This document shows, piece by piece, positions 39,690 through 52,411 of a stretch of DNA of 64,000 nucleotides (position 1 is its first letter; each line of letters starts with the position of its first letter). Location of the stretch: assembly GCF_052425735.1 (NCBI RefSeq), contig NC_135758.1, positions 19,406,001-19,470,000 on the forward strand, in the 5' to 3' direction. Made by a program: the position numbers and the translations under genes. Below the pieces are notes generated by a model. That model saw nothing but the letters and a program-made list of their open reading frames with translations, was not told where the DNA came from and did no database searches. This DNA comes from Oculina patagonica (Eukaryota).

Positions 39690-41710
39690 AAAACTGTCAG
39701 TTTGAAACTTTTAACTTTTATGGCCCTTTTGGGAAATCGCTACCACGTGGATTTAGCCTAATGATCACTTCAGGTCCAAAGGAATCAGATTAGAAAGTGC
39801 CACATGGGGAACTGAAAATGAAGATTTTTTGCCCCTGTAATAAAATGCTACCCTGTCGGTAAAGCCTAATTTTCACTCCAGATCCATTAGAGAAAGCCAG
39901 TTTCAAACTTAAAATGCACCGTTTCGTTTATTTTGGGAAAATGTCACCACGTGGATTCAGCCGAATGTTAACTCCAGATCCAAAGGAATCGAAGAAGAAA
40001 GTGCCACATGGGGAACTGAAAATGAAGATTTTTTGCCCTTGTGATGAAATACTCACGCACCATGTCGATAAAGCCTTATTTTTCCCTGATCCATTAAAAA
40101 CTGTTATTTTAAACTTAACTGGAAATGAACAGTTTGGGCCTTTTAGGGAAAATTCCACCATGTGAATTCAGCCTAGAGTTGACTCTAGGTCCAAAACAAT
40201 CCAATAAGAAAGTGCATATAAGGAACTGAAAATGAAGATTTTTGCCGTTGTGATGAAGTGCCACCAGGTCAATAAAACCTAGTTTTAACTACAGATCCAT
40301 GAAAAACTGCAAGTTTAATACTTAAAATGTACTGTTGGGGCTTTTTTGGTAAACGACACCACGTGGATTCAGCCCAGCGTTCAATCCAGGTCAAAAAGAA
40401 TGCAATAAGAAAGTGCCACATGGGAGGAATGAAAATGAATATTTTTTGCTCTCGTTATGCCACCACGTCGAACACGCCTAATTTTAACTCCAGATCCATT
40501 AAAAACGGCCTATTTTGGACCTTCTCGAGAAAATCCTACCACGTGGATTCAACCTAATGTCCACTCCAGGTCTAAAAGAATCAAATAAGAAAGTGCCAAA
40601 TAAGGAACTAAAAATGTAGAATTTTTGCCCTTGTTATGAATTGCCACCAGGTCCAATAAAAACAGCACGTTTGAAATTTAAAATGTACAGTTTGGGAAGT
40701 TTTGGAAAACTACCACCACATGGATTCAGCCTATAGTTCACGCTAGGTCCAAAAGAATCGAATAGGACCGTGTCATATAAGAAAGTAAAAATGAATTTTT
40801 TGGCCCTTGTGATCACATGCCACCAGCCCAATAAAGCATTGTTTCCACTCCAGATCCATCAAAAACTCCCAGTTTGAAATTTAAAATGTACAGTTTGGGA
40901 ATTTTTGGGAAACTACCACCACGTGGGTCCAGCCTGTAGTTCACGCTAGGTCTAGAAGAGTCGAATATGAAAGTGCCATATAAGAAAGTAAAAATGTTTT
41001 TTTTTTGCCCTTGTGATGAAATGCCACTAGCCCAATAAAGCCTTATAAAATTTTCACTCCAGATTTATTAAAAGCTGCCAGTTTGAAACTTTAAACGTAA
41101 AGTCTGGGCCGATTTTGGAAAACGCCACCACGTGGATTCAGCAAAATGTTCACTCCAGCTCCAAAAGAATCAATTAAGAAAGTGCAACACGGGGAACCGA
41201 AAATGAAGTTTTACGCCCTTATGATAAAACACCAACTTGTCGATAAAGCCTAAATTAAACTCCAGATCCATTAAAAGCTGCCAGTTTGAAACATGTCATG
41301 TACAATTTGGGCCTTTTTGGAGAAAATGCATGCACCACGTGGACTCGGCCTGTCGTTCACTCTAGGTCTAAAAGAATCGAATAAGAAACTGCCATATAAA
41401 GAACTGAAAATGGAGATTTTTTTCCCTTGTGATGAAATGCCACCTTGTCGATAAAACCTTATGTTAACTCCAGATCCAGTAAAAACAGCAAGTTTGAAAC
41501 TTAAAATGTACAGTTTGGGCCATTTTGGGAAGACGCCCCCTCGGGAATGCAGCCTATAGTTCACGCTAGGCCCAAAAGAATCGAATACGACCATGCCATA
41601 TAAGGTACTCAAAATGAAAATTTTTCGCCCTTGTGATGAAACGCCACAAGGTCGATAGAGCTTTATTTTAAGTCCAGATCCATTAAAAACTGCCCGCTTG
41701 AAACTTAAGA
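39690..41710. repeat. Diverged ~200-bp tandem satellite (about 10 units)
   Basis: Recurring ccacgtggattcagcc...ccaaaagaatcgaataagaaagtgcca...gaaaatgaagattttt...actccagatccatt at ~180-210-bp spacing; only ~1.5 units at 22980-23295 and less than 1 at 50150-50270. Confidence 0.9.
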
Positions 41711-43363
41711 GTCGCTGTCTCTAAATATCGAGTATCCCGGGACAGGACCGAAACAGTTTGAATTCTCTTTTATTTCGTCAAAAAGACCCATTTGGTGAAC
41801 TATCTCAAAAATATTGTTTAAAAGTTCCAGCTAGATTTAAAAGGAAAGTTCGAAATACCCCAGAAGCCGACAATTAATGGCAGATGGAATTTACGCAAAA
41901 TAGAGCACTTTCAACATGCCAGTACAGAAAGAAGAAATCTGGCCTCCATTTCATTTCTACAAAGTTTATTTTTCCTTTGGTTATTTTGTCGAGCTAAATA
42001 TCATCTCCAAGTGATTAGGTTTTGTCCACGTTTTAGCCGTTTGAGAAATACAACTATCGCGGTTCAATTTACACACCAAATTTGAACTGATTTTAGAAGG
42101 TCATAACTCTTCTAGTATTCGTATATCTTGACAAATTAGACGTTGCAGTAAAAGAAATATGCTAATGGTTGTAATGTCTCAAAGGTTAGTTTGGCCGTGG
42201 AAATTAAGCGCGCTAGACGAAAAACGTTTGGCAAATGGCGTAATTTTTTATAGATGACCGAGCGAACACCTCGATTTTGTATTCACGTTACGTTGTAAGA
42301 CATAACTAAACATCTGTCATAGCACAAAATTAATTATCCTCAGGTAATAACGTATATCACACATTAAAGCAATAATTCGACAATAATTTAACTCATACCT
42401 TCCCTTTCTTCCCCCCTTTCCTACTTCCCCTCCCCCTCCCCCTCCCCTTTTTACGCCTGCTACGCTGGCGAAGATGAATCTTACACAGATGACCAACAGA
42501 ACATCAGTTGAGGTATTAACCAAGAAAGTAATTCGATGCGGGAAATTTAATATTTATGTCACGAAACTGTTTATTTTGCTTGGTAAATAAGAATATAAAA
42601 AGAATTTACATAAGAGTTGTACAAAGTGAGAAAACAATTCTTGTAGTAATATTTGCATTTAAAGCATTTTTAAGTGACAGAGAAAGAAACAGGAAGAAAA
42701 ATAAGAAAAACATTGCTCAAACTGCACGACAAGTGTAGAAAGCAAGAGAAATTGTCGCAGTTTTCATATGAGCGTGAAGCATTCTCGTCACCAGAGCCCG
42801 CTTTTCGTTTGGTCAGCGCCAAGATTGGTGCTGACCAAAAGAAAAGAAGGCTCTGGGGACGAGAATGAGCGTGAAAGACAAGTAGAACACGGCTAATACT
42901 TGCAGGATCTGTCTCTGTCATCCTGCGTCAGTGGTTGGGGCAAACGGTTCCGATGGTATCACACAAAACTTCGAAAATTCATGGGAACGAGGTTGTGAAC
43001 GAGGCGAAGGAACTCACTAGCCGGGAACTATTTTGAAGATACGTAGTCGCTTAGCAACTTTGCTGCCAAATACCGCGGGCTCAGACATCCCGAGGATCGA
43101 GATTTGATAAAAACCGGAAAAGGCCTTGTTCTTTCCGTGTCTCACATCTCTGGCGTAAACAGAGATAAGACAGAGAAGTGTTGGGTTTCGCACAATAGGT
43201 TCTGCATTTAAAACAAGAACAAATAGAACAGTAAAGGAAAAATGAAATGGACACTTTGTTTTGCTTTTAGTAAAGATTTATACTCAATCAGCGTTTACTA
43301 CACCACTTTTAACAATGCTTAATCAACTGAACAGATGATTTTTTGTTCTGGTTGTTAAAGAAA

Positions 43364-46300
43364 TCAGTTCTCCTGCAAGATGTTCATCTCAATGTACTTG
43401 ATGCCTTCTTTCTCTTGTGCGTGATTGCCATAAATCTCCAAAAACAGGCCGTTGAGGGGATTCAACTTGTTCTGGTAAACCATCTCCCTGCTGAAACCGC
43501 CGTCTAGAGGGACGAAACAGGTTCCCCACCGGTCAGACAGGCTTAACTGGATCTCGAACCTTCCAGGGTAATACTGAATCTCTGATGGTTTCGGAAGAGA
43601 TCCATCAAGTTGTTGATCGTTTAAGGTCGTGCCACTGGATCCTTCGAATCCACGACAGGGGGCGTCAGTATTGTAGTTTGTCTTGTCATGTGTTATTACG
43701 CCAATATAGCGTTGGCCATCAGAAACACCAAATGAAGGATCACTGTCCGCTGAACCAAATGTCGTTTCCAAACCAACCGCCATCTTGACGACAAGGTTGG
43801 CATTTGTATCGATGACTCCTGGCGGAATCAGTGGAACGATCATCAGCCGATAGAAGTTGCTTGGAGCGCTGAGGAACGTGAGTAGTCGAGGAGTGATGGA
43901 ATTATGGTGATGGATGAAGGTAGCGGCTGAAGCAAGCTTCATAGGTGTGAAGAATTTGTAAAACACAAGCTGGATAAAGAAAACATGAAAGTGGTTCAGC
44001 AAATTACCATAAATCAACTTCATTAACCCTATTCAGACCGGGGGGGGGGGGGGGCTTTTGAGGCCCGCGCTGACTTTGAACTCTTATAACTTTTTTAAGA
44101 TTAAATCAAACGCTTTCGTGGCTGGTCTGACACGCATGTTTCGTCTCCGCCAAGAGACTCATCAGAGACCTTTCGGTGAAAGCTAACTCGTCGAACATCG
44201 CGTTCGAAGTCCCGCTAGCGTCAAAATGATGGTGCAATCTGGCCTTACATCGCGTAAGCATTCCCAATTGCGTAACATGTAAATTGTTAAATACTTTCGT
44301 GGCTGGTCTCCCAAACTTTCTGAGTTTTCTGAGTTTTCCTAAAATTTATCTGGCAATAATTTGGTAGGGTTGGATGATTTGTCATGAACTTGACATCACC
44401 ATGGCAACGGCATTTTGACAGGCATGTTTTCCCAAATTTGTAATTTTGCCTGTTTCTGTCAATAAAAATCAACTTAAATGGAATTATTTTTACATTTTTA
44501 CGGGTTTAAAGCAATTTTTATTGATTTTGAGTACTTTGCGGTAATTTTGGGTGGTTTTCTGGCATTTTGGAAAAATTTTGAAATCCAAGATGGCGGATCC
44601 AAGATGGCGGCTGTTTTGACATCATGATGTAATTGTCACGTAATGTGACGTCACAATCCCACGTGACGTATACCAAAAGAAAGATTTTCGGACATACAAT
44701 ACATCCTATACGTTTCATTGTGATTGCTTAAATATTCTCGAAGTTAGATAGGGGGGGGGGGGCTTCCGAAACCCCCCTCCGGGTCTGAGAAGGTCCAAAA
44801 AAGCCCGGTCTGAATAGGGTTAATTTACTTCCAACTTAAGAGAGGGTCCATAATTTATCAATCAACGGGGACAGGGGGGAGGCTATGGCGATTTTAAATT
44901 TTTCCCCTTGCATTTTTGAAAGCCCTCCCTGTTGGTGTGTTTTTCCTTCGACCACTAATTGCTTAAGGTGGCTCCATAGGGTTTCTTGACCGCGCGAAGA
45001 ATGGGTACGAAAGGGCGAGCTTGAAATGCCGGCAAATCAAAACAAACATGGCGGCTTCACGCGAGCGTGAAATTTTCGGCGAGAAAACGCGAGACTTGCT
45101 TCCTGCCAATGAAATAACACTTGTGCTTTCCTGTGTTGAGCAGATTAAAGAGTTTACAACACCCTAAAAAGGTTTTTACAACGTCCGCGGTGCTTCTGGC
45201 CGCTTTTGTGAAGTTCGTACGATCGAAAGCAAAAGACAAAATAAAAAATAGTCTCTGCGATTGTGAGATACTTCGAGCAGAATTTCAGAGATTCTGCTAC
45301 ATAAAGGATTAGGGTATGTCTCTAACTAACCTTGGGGTTAACAGATATTCGCACAAAGACCGACAACAACGGGAAACGCTCGTCTTTACACATCAACTCG
45401 TATGGTTCGAAAGTTCGCGCATGCTCAAATAGCGATCTTGGACAATTTCTATTCTGATGACGTAATTGTTATTCGGGCGAAAATAGAAATTTTTCCCTTG
45501 TAATTACTAGAGTTTCCTTCGGTGAAATTCCTTAAAATTTGGCATAGATGTGATACCTTTTTAACTGCCCCTTTTGCCGTTTTTTTTAAAAAAAATTGTA
45601 AGCCAGTTTTTTTGCTTAGTCAAAAAAACACAAAATAACCAAAAACGCAAAAACGACCTGGACAACCCCTACTTTTTTTGTTTTTAAAAGTTACTTCTCA
45701 TCAGATTCAATCCGTTGGGAGAATTTAAAAAATTTTCACCGAAGAAAATTAAAGAAATTTAAGATCAAAGCCATAAAAACTCCAAAAAATAGGACTTTTT
45801 GAGTAGATGTAGCTCAAAAACAAAGGCCGTTATTTTCAAAAAGAATAATGCACAACATATTTTAGTCCTTGTTTTTAATATTTCGGCAGCTTTTATTTAA
45901 CTAGTTTAAAAAATAACGCGAAAATGATCTCTTGATGGGTATCACTTGCGCGCGCGCCGTAATATCTTAAAACCCTATGGAGCCACCTTAAGGTGGCTTA
46001 ATACAGTTTTGAGGGGGTAAGTGAGCCCAACTTTTAACTCTCTTTTAAAATATTCAGGAATGTTCTTTCTTTCTCTTACTACTGTTGTTTAAAGCATATG
46101 GCCATCATATGCGACATTTGACCAATAAAAATGCTAATAAACAATCAATAAAGAGCCAAAATGAATGGCCGAGTGCTTAGCAGGGGGCTGGGCACTAGTT
46201 GTTTTAACAGCGTTTTTCTCGAAATCTACCCGTATGACCTCACCTCAAAATTTCAGAAATTACAAATTGGCTTTGATTTAACATTCATGCAGGATAAAAT

Positions 46301-47746
46301 AAAAATCTGTAAGACAGATTTTTCGCAAAATAGGAAAATGTGATATTTTGCCCCTTTAAAAAATATCTCAAATTCTGTCTTACAGATTTTTATTTTATTT
46401 TGCATGAATGTTTAATCAAAGCAAATTTGTAATTTCTGAAATTTTGAGGTGGGGTCATATGAGTAGATTTTGAGAAAAACGCTGTTAAAACAACTAGTGC
46501 CCAGTCCCCTGCTAAGCACTGGGCCATTCATTTTGGCTCTTTATTGATCGTTTATTAACATTTTTATTGGTCAAATGTCGCATATGATGACCATATGCTT
46601 TAAAAAACAGTAATAAGAGAAAGAAAGAACATTCCTGAATATTTTTAAAGACAGTTAAAAGTTGGGCTCATTTACCCCCTCAAAACTGTATTAAGCCACC
46701 TTAACCCGCGATCGTGGGTTAAATACCATGACACCCCACCCCTCAACCAATTCAACACCACCCAAAAATAACGACTTCGGAATTATGCTTTTGAAAAAGT
46801 GGCTCCTGGTGGCGTTTTTGGGCTTTTTGCGGGCCATTTGCAGATTACATCCATGAACCCCAAAATAGCGGTAAAAGGAAACGAAAGGAACGATGGATTT
46901 TTGGTGTCTTACCTTTCCTCCACCAGAAACAAACTTGTCACGTTGATTTCTGGAACTTTGGTCGTCTGCCAAAGAGGAAGCCTAAGACATAACACTTCTG
47001 TTAGACAGTGTAATAATTTTTACAAGTAGAAAAAACTAATGAAGCGTGTGAGATAATTTTTTGACTCATTTCTTCTCGTTCTTTCCTTGCTCACGGAATA
47101 CAGTTTTTGGACAGATGACCTATTTCACACGAGGTGGTTTCCAATAGGGCACTGTAGTGTTTGCACTCTAACTACGATTCAGTTCAAGTTCGAATGAATA
47201 TTTTACCGAGAAAATCGAGAATCGAACTATATTACCTGCTGATCGCTGAAAATTGTTGAAACTGTGTTTTTTGCTTTATTTCCGATCGCGTTTGAGTAAA
47301 ACGACTAAATTTAAATGAAAAGGAAACGCTGTAAAAAGCTTCTAATCTTTAGGACTTTAGAAAAGGGAAAAAAGAAAAGTTAAGTTTATGTTAGTATTCA
47401 ATTCCTTTAATTTGTTTCTCATTTAAAACAAGTTTTTGAGCATTTGAGCTTTAAGGTGTAAAACGACTGTATTTAAATGAAAAGGAAACGCTGTAAAAAG
47501 CCTCTAATCTTTAGGACTTTAGAAAAGGGAAAAAACGAAAGTTAAGTTTATGTTAGTATGCAATTCCTTTAATTTGCTTCTCCTTAAGACAAGTTTTCGA
47601 GCATCATTGAGAGTAGTGCAGATTTGTTCTGGGATAAAAAAAGGTCGAGTATGAGAAAATTAAATAAGTCGTGAATGAGACTAATAGCACATAACTGTAC
47701 TTACTAGTAACATCACAAGCACCACAGCACAGCTCTTTAGCATCAT
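43364..47746 (-). CDS. Secreted array protein, copy B3 (238 aa)
   Basis: Exon 1 47746-47705 MMLKSCAVVLVMLL; exon 2 46981-46913 ASSLADDQSSRNQRDKFVSGGGK (5 synonymous differences from B1/B2 support this frame); exon 3 43969-43364; intron 2 expanded by three TTAA-targeting elements. Confidence 0.85.
44027..44819. mobile_element. piggyBac-like MITE with an internal insertion
   Basis: TTAA|CCCTATTCAGACCGG...CCGGTCTGAATAGGG|TTAA. Confidence 0.9.
44967..45987. mobile_element. Kolobok-like non-autonomous element
   Basis: TTAA|GGTGGCTCCATAGGGTTT...AAACCCTATGGAGCCACC|TTAA. Confidence 0.85.
45992..46700. mobile_element. Kolobok-like palindromic MITE
   Basis: TTAA|GGTGGCTTAATACAGTTTTGAGG...CCTCAAAACTGTATTAAGCCACC|TTAA; ~330-bp inverted arms; shares its left TTAA with the previous element. 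Confidence 0.9.
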
Positions 47747-50700
47747 GGCTAACGTTGTTGTTTTTCAGTTGATCGCGAAATGATGGAAGAAGTCAGTATA
47801 ACTGAGAACACCGAACTGTTATCATGTACAGTCAATACTTGGCATGCTGTTCAACCAATCAGGTTCCAGAATGCACATACACTTAAGCATTAATGAGGAA
47901 TATAAGCTGAATCAACCTCTTGAACTGTCTAGAAGTTCAGGCACGACAGATACCTTTCGCACAGCTGTTTCGTGTGATCATGCATGATCTTTTTAACAAG
48001 CTTTTAGATATAAAGATAATCGCAGAAATTGACAATCTGATATCGCTTCATTTAAGTGCTACTATAATGGAATTCGTGTCTTTCCTATCTAGGCCATTTT
48101 AAAACACTAACAAGAAGTTTGTATGGGAAGAAAAATGCTATAATGTTTCAAATCTCTTTCTTTTCTTTCCAGAGATATTCAAGTTTATAAAATATGTAAA
48201 TTAGCAAAGTGATGACGCCATAGACTCAACCGAACTTTGATCAAACATGAAGAAAGAGTTATCTCAACTAATTTTTATCAGGAATGCTTGATTCTTTGTA
48301 GTAACACTCTAATAGTTATGTTTCACAATATGAGCTTAATAATTTTGTTGCCATGGCAACATACTGGTTTCAAGATCCCCCGATGCTAAAAGCTTTTCTG
48401 GGCAATTTTAGTGTTTCATTTTAATATTTGCCAGTGATGCCTCATATTCATGATCTGGCAGTCCTATAAATGGGTTAGGTAGATGTCTTGGCCAGGTTTC
48501 ATTTTTCCGAACTGAAAATTACTAAAATATTGGGAACAGAGTATTTTTTATAACTGTAAGTGTCACTTGTAAAACTATTAGTCTGCCAAGTTTCAATGGT
48601 CTCTGCAGTAAATTGACTAAGATAACTCTATTTTTATACTTGACATAAAACTGGGTTGAGTAGATGACGTTATCAGTCCCCTAATTTGCAAATTTTACAA
48701 TTTTTTAAAGCTTAAATATCTCCGGAACTAAAACAGATATCTGAAAAAGGAAAACGCCATTTGAATCTTTCGTTGAATTCTCAGTGATACGCCTAAAATT
48801 ACTTACTCGACACTTTCGGCTTTTGTTTCAACAGCAGTTTCGTGTGATCTTGCATGTCCATTTTAACAAGTTTTAAAGATAATCACGAAACTTGACAATC
48901 TGATATCGTTTCATTAGCATTCACTTTCGCGACACTTTCGGCCTCTTGCTACAACATTTTTGTGAACTGTCATGAGCCGTTTACTAGGCAAGCTTCACTA
49001 GTCGTGCACTAGCTAGATGTAAGGATTATCGTGAGAGATCAGCAATGCATGCGCAACATTACTGCTTTAAGATTCATAGTTGGCCGTTGTTTTCACATTT
49101 ATTCCGCGGTATCTTAAACATTTAATTTAGCAAGCTTTTAGGTATGAAGATAGTGGGAATTGATAATGGAAGTTACTCCACCGCCTGCACACCCCTCCCC
49201 TCAGCCTCCATCCCTCCCACAATTCCCGGCCATTTGAGGGGTCCCATTTCACTCACAGCTCCTTCTCGTTTTGAAAATCATTAATGACTTTTTCTGAGAT
49301 TTTAAAGAAATCGGTCAACATCTTGTGTTAAGGCAGCTCTTTCTACACGAAAGTTATCTGTTGTGCCTGCACTTCTCGACAGCTCAAGAGGCTGATTCAG
49401 CTTATATTCCTTCATAATGCTTAAGAGCATGCATTCTACAGCCTCATTGGTTAAACAGCATGTCAAATATTGACTGCAAATGATAACCTGTCTGCCGTGT
49501 TAAAAATAATTTGTTCCCAAAGTTGTTTCGTGGTATTATAAGCTTTTAACATGAACAAGCTTATTATAATGACAATCGTGAGGAATGAGCAGTCCGAAAA
49601 ATCACTATTAGCTTTGACATTTGGCGCTTGTTTACAGTTGCATCGTGTGATCATGCATAATCTTTTTAACAAGCTTTTAGACATAAAGATAATCACAGAA
49701 ATTGACAAACTGATATCGTTTCATTAGCATTCACTTTCTCGACACTTTCGGCCCTTGTTTCAACCGTTGTTTTGTGAACTGTCATGAACCGTTATAAACA
49801 TTTTAACAAGCTTTTAGGTAAAAGATAATTGAAGTTGATAATGAATTACTCCACCGCCTGCACACCCCCCACTCAGCCTCCATCCCTCCCCAACCCCGGA
49901 CATTTGAGGGGTCCCATTTCACTCACAGCTTCCTATCGTTTTGAAAATGACTTTTTCTAAAATTTTAAAGAAATCGGACAACAGCTTAATTCTTCTTAAA
50001 AGCTTGATTTGTTTAGAGTCTTCAACAGCTGTGGAATCAAGTAGTCATGAGTGTTTGTTCCCAAAGTTGTTTCGTGGTATTATAGGCTTTGAACAATCTT
50101 TTTATAAAGACAATCGTGAAAAATATGCAATCCGAAACAACTGTCATTAAAAACTGTCAGTTTGAAACTTAAAATTTATAGTCGGGGCCATTTTGGGAAA
50201 ACGTCACCACATGGATTCAGCCTTTTGGCTAATGTTCACTCCAGGACCAAAAGAATCGAATAAGAAATAATAATAATAATAATTTATTTCTTGCGCATTA
50301 CATTAAAAAATCTCAATGATCTTACAAGAAATACATTTATATAAGGAAACAATAACGAAACAATATTAAAGGAAGTAGATAAGATATTTAAATTACAATA
50401 GGATAAAATAGTAAATTCATTAAAATACTAAAATTCATTATAAAATACTAAAATTCTTAAAAGATTACTAAAATTCACTATAAAGTAAATTCTTTCTTGG
50501 TAAACTATTTTCAAAAGTATTGTTTAAAAGTTCCTGCGAGTTTAAAATGCAAGTTCTAAATACCCCAGAGGAGGCAACAATGGCGGATGGAATTTACGCA
50601 AAATAGAGTACTTTCAACACGCCAGTACAGAAAGAAGAAATCTTGCCATGGTTTCATTTTTACACAGTTTGTTATTTGTCTTTTGGTCATGTTGTCGATA

Positions 50701-52020
50701 TCAACTCAAAGTACATAGGTTTTGTTCACTTTTTAGCCATTTTACAACTATCGCGATTCAATTTACACACCAAATTTGAACTGATTTCAGAAGGTCATAG
50801 CTCTTGTAGTATGAGTATATTTTGACAAATGAAAGTTAATTTCCAAAGAAAGAATTATGCTTATAACTTGTCATATTTTAAAAGTTAGTTTCGGCCGTGG
50901 AAATTAAGCACGCTAAACGAAAAACCAATTAAGAGCATTATTGTCAAATCGTGCCATTTTTTCTAGACGACCGAGAGAATACCTCAATTTTTTTTATCTA
51001 AGACATAATTAAACATGTGCCATAACACAAGTTATCCTCAGGCAACGTATCTCACACATTAAAGTAATAATTCGACACTAATTTTAAGTCATATCTTTCC
51101 CTTCCCCCTCCCCCTTCCTTCGTCCCTCCCCCTCCACTTTTTCCCCTACCTCTTTTTACGTCTTCTACTCAGGCTAAGATGAATCTTACACAGATCACCA
51201 ACAGAATCTTAGTTAAGGTGTTAACAAAGAAAGTTACACGATACCAGAAATTTAATATTTATTTTACGAAACTGTTTACTTTAATTTACTTAGTAAATGT
51301 GAATATGAAAGAATTCAAATATGAGTTGTACAAAGTGAGGAAATAAATCCTCGTAGTTGTATTTTACATTTACAGTAAAGCAATTTTAAAAAGTGACTTT
51401 GAAAGAAACAAGAAGAAATGAAAGAAACAAGAAGAAAAATAAGAAAAGTAGAAAGTAAGAGAAAGTGTTGCAGTTCTCATATGAGCGTGAAGCATTCTAG
51501 ATCTCGTCACCAGAGCCCGCTTTTCGTTCGGTCAGCAACAAGAAGTTTTGGAGAAAAATTTTCTTGATGAAAAGCAGCGTTATGAAATTTTGGGGGTAAC
51601 TTTCGAGCATCTTTCTTAATCAAAAGCAACTCTTTTGGATTTTTGGAGCGACTTTTGAGCACCTTTTTTTAGAAATTTCGAGCAACTTTTTGAATAATTT
51701 CGAGCAACTTGTGGAAAGCCCCAGACAAGAATGAGCGGGAAGGACAAGTAGAACACGGCTGAACAAACGAAAAGTGGGGTCCTGGGTATGTGCGTGAAGC
51801 ACAAACAGCTGCCACTAGCAGGATCTGTCTTTGTCATCTTATGTCAGTGGGAGGGGCTACCTTGTTCCTATGGAAACTATGGAAACATGGTCGTGGTGAA
51901 GGAAATCTCTGGCTGAGAACTAATTTGAATAATTATTAATAATTATACGTTATGTCGCTTAGCAACTTCGCTGCCGAGATTCTTGGGCTCAGTCACCTGG
52001 GGGAGAAACTGGAAAAGGTC

Positions 52021-52124
52021 CAAGCTCGTTCCCAGGGTCTCTCTCTCCCCGCCCACTTCTCTCGCTCCTCGCTCTTACTTTCGCTCTTGGGGGCGGGGAG
52101 AGAGAGACCCTGGGAACGAGGTTG
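52021..52124. repeat. Short palindromic interspersed repeat
   Basis: ctcgttcccagggtctctctctccccgccc / gggcggggagagagagaccctgggaacgag. Related short hairpins occur at ~13652-13742 and ~42780-42866. Confidence 0.85.
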
Positions 52125-52411
52125 GAAAACCGTAAGGCAGTAATGATGAAAGTAAGCGGAAACCACGACATTACAGAGACAAGGGAAATTTTCGACCGAT
52201 GACCCATGGGAAAGAGAAGAGAGAAGTTAGGTTTCGCACATCACTATTAAAAAAAAAGATTAAAGAGATCAGTAAAGAAGAAAAAAAATGGACGCTTGGT
52301 TTTGCTTTTAGCAAAAACTCATCTTTAATCAGATGAAACTACATTGCTCTTAACAGTGCTTCAGTAATCAGCGGAAATGATGTTAATTTTTTGTACTGGC
52401 TGCAACAGACA

